A DNA stretch of 64,000 nucleotides from Haliotis rubra. Its lineage: Eukaryota. The stretch spans positions 1,364,001-1,428,000 of the forward strand of contig NW_025767179.1 of the NCBI RefSeq assembly GCF_003918875.1, written 5' to 3'. A program made the translations under genes and the position numbers. Positions 1-11,662 of this stretch are shown here, in pieces. Under the pieces are notes generated by a model. The model was not told the origin of the DNA, did not search any database, and was given only the letters and a program-made list of their open reading frames with translations. Positions within the stretch are counted from its first letter, which is position 1. Each line of letters starts with the position of its first letter.

Positions 1-140
1 AATTGTACCACAAAATAGTTAAAAGTTTGTAAATAATGTCATAGCTTCTGCGTTGTCTTTGAGTGACGTTTGCCAACAAATGTAAGATATATATCTGTGC
101 GTTGTAGTCATCTGCCTCACCTGTTCAGTGTTATACATAC

Positions 141-287
141 CTCGATTGGAAAAAATGGAGCCATCAACGATAAACATGACCAGGCAATAAAGTTGGAAAC
201 GATCATCGCTGATATAACAAACTTCTTCTTGATTCCGTCCTTCGGCTTTGGCAGTAGAGCTTGTCTACCTGGATTTGATGCATCCAT
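141..287 (-). CDS. SLC18B1: MFS transporter SLC18B1-like paralog 1, first coding exon only (rest of gene lies beyond the left window edge)
   Basis: ATG at 287 reads MDASNPGRQALLPKPKDGIKKKFVISAMIVSNFIAWSCLSLMAPFFPIE and ends at a phase-0 donor GAG|gtatgt at 141. An acceptor (ctgcag) lies just upstream of the ATG. The S-L-x-A-P-F-F-P-x-E TM1 motif and intron position match the plus-strand paralog. Confidence 0.8.
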
Positions 288-3200
288 GGCTAGTCTGCAG
301 TTAATCGCCTTGATTTGTAATTGGACGTATCTAAATGGAAATGACAGATACATTTTAGTTACATGTTCCGGAGGCGTGGCAGGTTGTACTATTGTGACAT
401 TTTTCAAAGACTGATTATAACACTGATTGAAATTTGCGTGTGTGGTGTTAGTAAAGAATGTGAACACAAAGAATAATGGGTCGTGTGAGGACCCCGTGTC
501 AGCTTCATTTCTACATGTCTATGATATATATTTCTCTCTCTCTCTGGTGGGAGTTTTAAATATATTGTCTTTCAAAATCAATTTTTGTGCATTTTACCTG
601 TCCAGCATGTAACCTATAGGCCTATTCATTGTTGGACCACACTATCAAGTTATCAATTTGATAAAACAGTTCGCGGATTCAGCACTCTTTACGAACATGC
701 ATTACATCATGTTGCAGATGATCAATAAAAATTGAACGCGTGCACTTACGAATAAAACTTTGGAAATGGGATTTCCTGACACGAAGTCACGCCAATGCTA
801 TACCTAAAACAAATCTTACCTTACTCAAAGCAAATTGGCTAGAGTGCTGTCATATCGTAGTTCTGTCTGCTGGCGCTTCACTTCCAGTGGTTCAGGTTCT
901 ACATTAATCGTAAGAGCATTAATTGTAAAGTGGCGATTGATCAGTTTAGGAATCAGAGCCCCTATTGCCCAAATTGAAAATAAATATCTAGATTGGCCGT
1001 TGTAGGATATTTGTTCATTTCGTGGTTGCAATCGATAACGACCAGTAATTGGTGAAGATATGCATTAGCCTATTAGAACGTGACGCAGCACAATACTGCA
1101 ACATGTGGGGAGGTAAATTACCAATGATACCTCGCAATTAAGGATAATATGGAGACAGCCGGAGCCCAGTTCAATAAAACTGCCCTGGAGTATCATAGCA
1201 TAAGTGATGATAATATGATTAATGCGAATGGAATAATTAGAACACTGTTCATCCTGTTGAGAAAACAGGCTGTAATTATCAATGACCATGATGGCTTCAC
1301 TGTGCTTTCTGCATTCTTCCTTGCTTTATTTCAGCTGTATAATATTGCTGCCTTACACATTGTTCCATACTTGGTTTCTACTATAAAGAATATTATTTTT
1401 CAGTGTGTTTCAATATATTTCAATAATTATGTATAATGGCGCAAAGGACATATGCAGCGCCAAAGCACTCTTGCTTCAGGCAACAACTGACTAACTGAGT
1501 ATCAGGTAGATACAGTTGAAGAGAGATAAAACTTGACGGTCATGTCACACAGCGGGGTGGATTGACGCTCATCGATCAAAGGTTTTCTTTGTGCACGTCA
1601 CTGTTAGTGCTATAATATTGCTAATAGTCGTCCATCATCATCCTCGTTTATTTCTCAAATTAATTCACCATCGGTGGTACATGAGTATAACAAAGGACTA
1701 CATACAAAATGTACAGCAAGACGACTAAATGATGCATCAATTAAACTGTTTACAAACAATACTAATGAACTTGGATACATTTTTAAGCGTAGATATTTAC
1801 TTGAAAAAAGTTGACGGTACTTTGACAAATTCGGCCAGGAACAATAAGGTTCTTTTAACAATGATTAACATATGTTTGCGAAATAATTACATTTAAATAA
1901 ATAGTGAAACTCATCTCCAATCAAATTTGAATCACATAAGTTACAAAATCTGAATTCTTTAGGGGTATTTTGACATCTCCCAGTTTCTATGGGAAGTTTA
2001 TGGTCGCATGTTCTAAATTTTAGGATCGGTTTAGAAACTATATATCATCTGAGAGAGGTAGGTATTGTTCAAATTTGGGAGAGCGCTTCAGAACTTTATA
2101 ATATATTCCTTTAGGGCAATTTGGCATATCGCTCGTCCATGATTGTAAAATTGGTCTTTTAAAATTTGATTCAACATTTGAAATGATTCATGAATTTGAG
2201 TATAGATGTGGGTTGACAAAAACATCAGGCAATCCGCACTTACAGAGAATATGTTTAATATGACTTAGCCAGACATAGTTATTTGATTTTTAGTAATATA
2301 TTGAAGAATAAAAGCTGATATTTTGTTAATAGACGTTGAAAACGACATGTAATCAGTTCCTGTCATGTTTTTGTTAGAACGTAGTTCGCGATGAGGACAT
2401 CTAGCACACGAAGGGCAAATTGTCCGAGCTAGTTTGAACGAGCAAAAATACAAGTTGAGTAAGAAGAAGAAAATCTTATTAACGTTTCACAAAACATAAA
2501 CATTGCATACAATGTTATACATAAAAAAACAAATACTTCTACGACCAATCCCACAGCGATAATAGAAATATATGAAGTTAGTTCGTGTTCGTATTGACGG
2601 TCAGCTAAGTTTCTGATCCAAAATTGTCTGAGCCAAAGTTACAATTCGCAAAATTTCAATGAAACATAGTGAGGTTTTGTCTGCCAGAAAACCAACACTC
2701 CATGTGGACATTGTCTCACATGTGTATTTCATCGTTTATCACTATAACTACAGAACGAAGGTGTGTGCCAGGACAATAACCTATGACGTCATTTGGGAAA
2801 CTTGCCTATAACATTCACACGAAAGAACGCTCAGTGACGTCAGTCACTGGGGCCAGCGAGTCCGTATTAGTTCTTGTCACTGGAACAATTCATACGTTCA
2901 GTAATATGTAAGAGATGTTTTATATTTTGCTTCCAGTTAATCAGACATAAACAGTCTCGCCAAGTGTTGCATTACCATTCCACATGCTCTCTAGTTTGTC
3001 CACCTATGTCATCTTGACTTCATATGAAACAAAAGAAGACACAGTGAATACACACTGAAAATGTCTCTGGATTGTAAGAATGGGCAAATACACACAATGA
3101 AATATATTTGGGTGGTTGTAGGGACAGGGGCCATGTCTTGCAGAACTTGTTGCATAGAGCCCGACTCCAGCCGTCATATTTGAGTACCATCGTGTAAGGT

Positions 3201-3514
3201 TCCCCGAAAGCTTGGCACTGGTACAACTGAAAATTCAATGTGAATGTATGTGTGTTCAGATTGAATTTCCAATTGCGCCAGTTATATATATCTGTGTTGT
3301 GTTTTGTTCAATCGTATATTGATACCAATCCTTTGTTGTGATAGAATGCCAGCTAATTTCAAACTCCGTTAAGTAAATCCGCAAAATAATGTGTTTTTGT
3401 CAGTGGACAATAGAGTATATAAATATAATTACAATTGTACCAAGACGATTATGATATCGCCATTTGTCATTATAATTATAAATTTGGGTTGATTACCCGC
3501 ATGCACGCCCGTTT

Positions 3515-6457
3515 CACATACACAGTGTGGTCGAGAGTTGCCTGTATATCGTGACCATATACACAGTGTGGTCGAGGGTTGCCTGTATTACGTGACCACA
3601 TACACAGTGTGGTCGAGGGGTGCCTGTATATCGTGACAACATACAAAGTGTGGTCGAGGGTTGCCAGTATTACGTGACCACATACACAGGGTGGTCGAGG
3701 GTTGCCTGTATTACGTGACCACATACACAGTGTGGTCGAGGGTTGCCTGTATTACGTGACCATACACAGTGTGGTCTTGCCTGTACATGACACACAGTGT
3801 GGTCGAGGGGTTGCCTGTATTACGTGACCACATACACAGTGAGGTCGAGGGCCACCGGTATTACGTGATTACACATACATACACAGTGTGGTCGAGGGTT
3901 GCCTGTATTACGTGACCACATACACAGTGTGGTCGAGGGTTGGACCACATACACAGTGTGGTCGAGGGTTGCCTGTATTACGTGACCACATACACAGTGT
4001 GGTCGAGGGTTGCCTGTATTACGTGACCACATACACAGTGTGGTCGAGGGTTGCCTGTATTACGTGACTACATACACAGTGTGGTCGAGGGTTGCCTGTA
4101 TTACGAGGGTGCCTGTACGTGACATACACAGTCGTTGGTCGAGGGTGTGGTCGAGGGTGCCTGTATATCGTGACAACATACAAAGAAGTGTGGTCGAGGG
4201 CTGCCAGTATTACGTGACCACATACACAGTGTGGTCGAGGGTTGCCTGTATTACGTGACCACATACACAGTGTGGGTCGAGGGTTGCCTGTGTATTACGT
4301 GACGTACATACACAGTGTGGTCGAGGGTTGCCTGTATTACGTGACCACATACACAGTGTGGTCGAGGGCCTGTATACGTGACCATACACATTACGTCGAC
4401 CAATTACATACATACAGTGTGGTCGAGGGTTGCCTGTATGTACCACATTACACGTGAGGGTTGCCTACATGACACATACACAGGTGGTCGAGGGTTGCCT
4501 GTATTACGTGACCATACATACACACCACATACACAGTGTGGTCGAGGGTTGCCTGTATTACGTGACCACATACACAGTGTGGTCGAGGGTTGCCTGTATT
4601 ACGTGACCACATACACAGTGTGGTCGAGGGTTGCCTGTGATACGTGACCACATACACAGTGTGGTCGAGGGTTGCCTGTATATCGTGACAACATACAAAG
4701 TGTGGTCGAGGGCTGCCAGTATTACGTGACCACATACACAGGGTGGTCGAGGGTTGCCTGTATTACGTGACCACATACACAGTGTGGTCGAGGGTTGCCT
4801 GTATTACGTGACTACATACACAGTGTGGTCGAGGGTTGCCTGTATTACGTGACCACATACACAGTGTGGTCGAGGGTTGCCTGTATATCGTGACAACATA
4901 CAAAGTGTGGTCGAGGGCTGCCTGTATTACGTGACCACATACACAGTGGTGGTCGGGGTTGCCTGTATTACGTGACCACATACACAGTGTGGTCGAGGGT
5001 TGCCTGTATTACGTGACCACATACACAGTGTGGTCGAGGGTTGCCTGTATTACGTGACTACATACACAGTGTGGTCGAGGGTTGCCTGTATTACGTGACC
5101 ACATACACAGTGTGGTCGAGGGTTGCCTGTATTACGTGACCACATACACAGTGTGGTCGAGGGTTGCCTGTATTACGTGACCACATACACAGTGTGGTCG
5201 AGGGTTGCCTGTATTACGTGACCACATACACAGTGTGGTCGAGGGTTGCCTGTATTACGTGACCACATACACAGTGGTCGAGGGTTGCCTGTATTACGTG
5301 ACCACATACACAGTGTGGTCGAGGGTTGCCTGTATTACGTGACCACATACACAGTGTGGTCGAGGGTTGCCTGTATTACGTGACTACATACACAGGGTTG
5401 CAGTGTGGTCGAGGGTTGCCTGTATTACGTGACTACATACGCAGTGTGGTCGAGGGTTGCCTGTATTACGTGACTACATACGCAGTGTGGTCGAGGGTTG
5501 CATGTATTACGTGACTACATACGCAGTGTGGTCGAGGGTTGCCTGTATTACGTGACTACATACGCAGTGTGGTCGAGGGTTGCCTGTATTACGTGACTAC
5601 ATACACAGTGTGGTCGAGGGTTGCCTGTATATCGTGACAACATACAAAGTGTGGTCGAGGGTTGCCTGTATTACGTGACTACATACACAGGGTGGTCGAG
5701 GGTTGCCTGTATTACGTGACTACATACACAGTGTGGTCGAGGGTTGCCTGTATTACGTGACCATATACACAGTGTGGTCGAGGGTTGCGGGTTGCCTGTA
5801 TTACGTGACTACATACACAGTGTGGTCGAGGGTTGCCTGTATTACGTGACCATATACACAGTGTGGTCGAGGGTTGCGGGTTGCCTGTATTACGTGACCA
5901 CATACACAGTGTGGTCGAGGGTTGCCAGTATTACGTGACCACATACACAGTGTGGTCGAGGGTTGCCTGTATTACGTGACCATATACACAGTGGGGTCGA
6001 GGGTTGCGGGTTGCCTGTATTACGTGACCATATACACAGTGTGGTCGAGGGTTGCCTGTATTACGTGACCATATCCACAGTGACTACATACACAGGGTTT
6101 GCGGGTTGCCTGTATTACGTGACAACATACACAGTGTGGTCGAGGGTTGCCAGTATTACGTGACAACATACACAGTGTGGTCGAGGGTTGCCTGTATTAC
6201 GTGACCACATACACAGTGTGGTCGAGGGTTGCGGGTTGCCTGTATTACGTGACCACATACACAGTGTGGTCGAGGGTTGCCTGTATTACGTGACCATATA
6301 CACAGTGTGGTCGAGAGTTGCCTGTATTACGTGACCACATACACAGTGTGGTCGAGGGTTGCCTGTATTACGTGACCACATACACAGTGTGGTCGAGGGT
6401 TGCCTGTATTACGTGACAACACACAGTGTGGTCGAGGGTTGCCTGTATTACGTGACC
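3515..6457. repeat. 41-bp minisatellite array (~70 copies), unit CACATACACAGTGTGGTCGAGGGTTGCCTGTATTACGTGAC
   Basis: Direct tandem repetition with period 41 (e.g. tacacagtgt at 4981 and 5022). Many indel-disrupted units at ~3760-4520. The repetitive ORFs in the track are artefacts of this array. Confidence 0.97.
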
Positions 6458-9400
6458 GTACTTGGTTTATCACCTTCCTTGCTCCGCCATACTGTTCTTC
6501 TCTGATTTGTGATTATTTTTATAATGGCCCAACATGTCAAATATTAGCAGATTGCTTGGAATACATGTCCTGAAAAACTGTCAAATTTCTTAAACCTGTG
6601 ATGCCGTCATGTTGTAATGCTGTAATAACTATGTGTAAAATGTAACTCACGTACCACCGTTGGTGGTTCCTTTGAGTACTAAAAGTGAATCCCCAAACAG
6701 TGCGGTTTCCCTGACTTTCCCTGAGGAGCATTTCCACCTAACCTTAGTCTTCATGATCGTTCATGATCGTCTTCTCTCTCTCCCTCCCTCTCCCTCTCCC
6801 AACCTCCACATCCAACCACAACAACGTCTCACTAATCTTTGCGATGTTCCTGAAATCGTCATATTTTTGTTAGGTGAACAACACTCATGACTTCGCAGAC
6901 ACAATTTATGATTAGATGCATGCAAGAATCTTCCAGTACTTATCATCCTACACACTAATGTTGTTTGAATATAGCAAAAGCTACACAATGAATATATCGC
7001 AGTTCCCCATCGTCAATCATCTGTTCCCGTCACGAGGATAAAACCAGGGTATTACTTGGATCCACATAGTGCAGTTCGTTGTCACGAGGATAACGGATTA
7101 CGACCTGTCGTAACTCATTAGTTTATCAAAGGCTTTCTACGAACGCTTTGTGGGCGGGGTTTGTTAAACCCGCCGGATCGTAATAATGACCTGTATAGGT
7201 TAAATATCCTTTCAATGAAATACAATTTGCACTAGTTAACATTAAACATTCATACTCTAGCATTACAATTAATCATATGAGTTACGTTCCCTGGAAATCG
7301 TGATGAACCACGGGATAAAGAGACAAGTGCAAGATGTTAACTTCAGGTGTCAGGCTCAGGGTTGATAAGACAAACATGGCCTAGCTATCGAACAGTTTAA
7401 TAAATAACCACAGAATTTATCTTCTTTTTTTTTCAAACCAATCCATAGCCGAACATTCTCAAACACTGTATGAACAAGTACTTTACAATTACAAAAAGAT
7501 TACGAAGTAAAGTAAAGTAAAGGAAGACTTGTTTTGCAGACGTAATCTCGTGGACGTATTTTAGTGATTGTTTCCCGATACAGATAATTCCTCCGAGAAT
7601 ATCACTGACTTCTAACACACCATAGCTCACCCCGTTATGAACAGTTTGTCTTGTGAGGTACTGAATTGTAGCAAAAGATTTTTTTGATAACTATGATAAC
7701 TAATTATGTATTTAAATAGAGTCATATACTTCACATTTGCAGACAGGTCTACTTTCATACTAAACACACAACGACTTATGTCCCTTGCAATATGACGTCA
7801 CTGGCGTCAGTTGATAAACGTGTGACGTCGAGGAATCTCATTGGGACTCGTTACACGTGGTGTAGGGACAGATGTGAGATTCTATCGTCTGCTGGTTCAA
7901 ACCCAGGGACATATACTTCCCTCCCTCTCAGATTGATGTCGCATAAAATGCAGTTTCAAACGATCACTGTATCGAACGCAAAAATCAGGTACACTGCGAA
8001 ATCACCATTTCCGGCATTATTTATGATTTGAAACGTCGGCGATGACCCTATAATCGCTTCGAACAACGAAGTGAACTATCAACCATGTTGCATTATAGTA
8101 TTTATCAAACATGTCAGTTATGTTACGGCCATTGCATCACGTTTAATTACAAATTAGCTGATACATAAATACCGGAATTTCTCATACATTGCACATTGAA
8201 ATGACAAATGGAAAACAAAACAAAACCCATCAAGACATAACATTTCAACACTTACATTGAGCTTGCTTTCTATATTTCTACAAATGAATGTATATTTTCA
8301 AACATTAATATTAGCTAATTCTGAAATAGAGTTTTGTTTCCTTTTAGAAAATAGGTAGTATATATTTTACACTTTTAAAATTATATGTACAACATTCTGT
8401 ATAAAGTATTTTGCTTATTTGTAAGTGATTTAATACTTTACATTTTATACTGTGACCAATATGCTATGTCCAAACCTTAGGTTTTAACACATCTGGTGGA
8501 TACATTCTGTGAGATGAGTAAACGAGTGAATTAATGTTGAATTCTTTACAATTTTCGTCGTATAATTGTGTATAGTGAGTGAGTGAGTTATTATTTAACG
8601 TCACATCGGCAATAAAGTGTATAGTATTACCAATAATAAAATAAAGTTACCACATTGCAAGGTGTCAGTTTATAAAAACATGCATTTAAGTGTTATTAGT
8701 TTTATGTTTAAAATATACCGAGTGAAACAAATAAAAGAAAACAGGAAAATGCAATCGTTCCTTTATTATTTTCCAGTTTTCATGACCACAGCGCTATTCA
8801 CAGCTGGTGATGAAAACTAGAAAATATTAAAGGAACATTTGAATTTTCCTGTGTTCCTTTACTTGTTTCTCTGCGTATAGAACATTTTCGGAGCTACAAA
8901 TTATTTTCAAAATCAGACAGCAAGCACATGTATCAATGGTCTTGTGGTTTATACAGAGAAAGTACATTCATTCAGATGTGCAGGCGATGGTATACGTTCA
9001 CTTGACAAGTGAAGACAAAGTAACAAATACATTACAGCATATTATCATTTAATTCAAAATTTAAATTTGAACTTACCTGGCGAGAGCTGCATTCATCGAG
9101 TGGCCTGCACCTGTGTCATAGGACGACTAGTGCATTGTCCCAGTCGTTGATACTTAAACTTACATTATTTACCCAGATGTCTGCTTCATTTAACGGATTG
9201 TACACCATGTTAACTTTTAATTAACGCTTTTCATACCGTGTGATGCACAGTGTACAAACGGATCACCTGAAACATGCAAGATGCCGCATACCTACATGTC
9301 GATTGCATATATGTATATGTCTGGATCAGTTACTGACACGGTTCTCTGCACAATCCGCATTCCTTGCACAAATGTTGGTGCTCATTGTTCGAATAAATGA

Positions 9401-9879
9401 ATAATCATCGTCAATAGAAGGATGACCTTGATGGGTTCAAACATTCAGAATGGTTTGTGAGGTTGTTGCATAACGCTATCGTCAAGACCTAAAATATTCA
9501 ATTTCTGTTGCAGGTTTCCCTCAGTTTGTGTGTTGCATATTTAAAAGAACAGTCCAGCTGGTGCTACTATGTTAAAGTCGGGGAAAGACGCTCCAGTGAT
9601 CATCATGCTGTTGGTTTTGACCAAACGTCCAAACGTAAAACTGGAGAAAAAAAAAAAGATTTTGCAAAGATATTCTATATTAATATACTATGAACTTTGA
9701 GAGGCATTTAGAACAGTTAAAACAGTTAGAACAGTTAGAAGTTGCGAGAAAGGAAAACAATAAGTGGATGAACCATTTCTTTGTTACAGTGGGAGCGACG
9801 TTTGTTATTACATCATCACTTGCTTGGTAACGGTGTTAGAGCCTACACACTGAAATATCAGCTCTAAATACACTTGTGC

Positions 9880-10250
9880 ATGCCTCGCGTGGTCTACTGT
9901 ATAGGGCATCAGAACAGTCACGTCACAGACTCCAGAGAATTCAAAACAGTGCAGCTAGATTAATCACTGCAACCGGACGCCGGGACCATATAACCCCAGT
10001 TCTATCTTTAAAGGTTACCTATTCATCAAAGGTTTATGCTCAACATCCTTGTCTCAGTGTTTCGGTCCCTGCATGATTTAACCCCACCCTACATTAGTGA
10101 GCTTATCTCCCATTACGCCGCCAGGTGGACTCTGCGAAAATGAATATCACGGATATTTGAGATACAACCCATAAAAGAAAAGTCCTATGATAACAGGTCG
10201 TTTTCGAAAGGTGAATCCATATGGTGGAACAATCTCCCAACAACATCCAG
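9880..10250 (+). mobile_element. Degenerate L2/CR1-group LINE 3' fragment
   Basis: Peptide RLQRIQNSAARLITATGRRDHITPVL and a downstream WWNNLP-like motif are typical of the L2 ORF2 C-terminus; frameshifted. Confidence 0.7.
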
Positions 10251-10980
10251 GACATCGACTGTATGCTTGAAGCCACACAATGAATGCTTTATGTTGAGAT
10301 TTGTTAGGATGTATTTTTCAGGTACTTTACTTACACTTTTGTTTCGAAACTCTGTCTTTCCTTAAATTTTAAACATTTGACAGAATAGAAATGACAATAA
10401 AAATATTACTAAAAAGACATAACGTGATCATCTGTACATTTAATCAGAGACATTATGCAACAGAAGGGTACTTTCTGCCCAGTCGTTTAAGACCGAGTAA
10501 TCCGGTGTGCAGAGATATTCTGGTACACCAGAAATTGTCACAGACAATGGCGACAGAGCAGATGTCCTGCCATCGGATCTTTGATGGAAGGAACGAACAA
10601 CCCTTTTCCTCTGAAGTGCTGTTCACGAAGCGCTCTCCGCCACGCTTATGGTCTTCTCTCAGCATGTTCTTTGCTGCTTGGAACATCTGACGCGTCGTTC
10701 GGATCGAAATATCTTTGTGAAGGGCATCACGGTTGGGGAGCGGCTACAGGGATGGTTTTCCACGAGGCTGTACTAATCATACCCACAACGAATCTTTCAT
10801 GATGTCATCGTGGACGTTGAGCTGACGTACGCCGTCAAGGTGCAAGGTTTTGAATTCCAAGCACTTCTATGGATCGCCATATTTTGTTTATTTCGCTATG
10901 GTATTCTGTTCTGAACTCCAAAGATGGATGAGAGTAGCAATGACATGGAGATGGACATCAGCCGTTTAAAGAGACAATTG

Positions 10981-11190
10981 AAGAATTGGTCTTCAGCAAC
11001 CCATTGCTGTCGTGAAAGACGACTAACGGGATCGGTTGATTAGACTCGCTGATGTGGTTAACACATGCCATCGTATCCCAATTGCGTAGAACGATGTTTA
11101 TGCTGTTGCTTCCTGGATTGTCTAATCCAGACTCGATTATTTACAGATCGCCGCAATATAGCTGGAATATTGTTTAAACAACAAACAAAC
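10981..11190 (+). mobile_element. Degenerate copy of SINE-like family 2
   Basis: ggtcttcagcaaccca...gtcgtgaaagacgactaacgggatc...gactcgattatttacaga...tatagctggaatatt aligns to the copies at 14610 and 61372. Confidence 0.75.
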
Positions 11191-11662
11191 TGGTGGCAGC
11201 TTTGTTTGCTCTACTAATTAACAGCCTTCCTCGTTCCAATCCAGCAATTCATGTCAAGGTTGGAAGCTACAAAATTAACATCACCAATCCTTTATTCCCT
11301 ATGTATGTAACGTGTCAATATTTATAAACCAGCTGCCAGGAACGGTCACACTCTACTCTTATAATATCATCCTGTTGTTGCCTCTTCGCATTCACGTCGT
11401 GATATGAGCGAAATATTCTCAAGCACGACGTAAAACCCAATTTCACCTCACCTCACCTCTTCGCACTCATACGACGATTTCCTTTCGTTATTAATATAAC
11501 AAATAAAAGTAACACTTCATATGTTCATATCGCCACGGTCTTGCTATTGTATGTGCCCTTATTACTTTGGCAATGAATTTGACACAATGGTGTGTTCTAC
11601 TAATATACAAATATAACTACATACGTGTTCACGATTCTCTTATTACACGAGTAGCCAGCAAC

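Noticed and set aside
3515-6457. CRISPR-like array or repetitive protein ORFs (MWSRNTGNPRPHCVCGH…)
   Set aside because: Units are contiguous with no unique spacers, there are no cas genes, and the context is eukaryotic. The ORFs are artefacts of a 41-bp period that is not a multiple of 3.
9070-9100. U1 snRNA (ACTTACCTGG)
   Set aside because: Only the first ~11 nt match and the rest of U1 is absent. It is better explained as a minus-strand consensus donor or chance.
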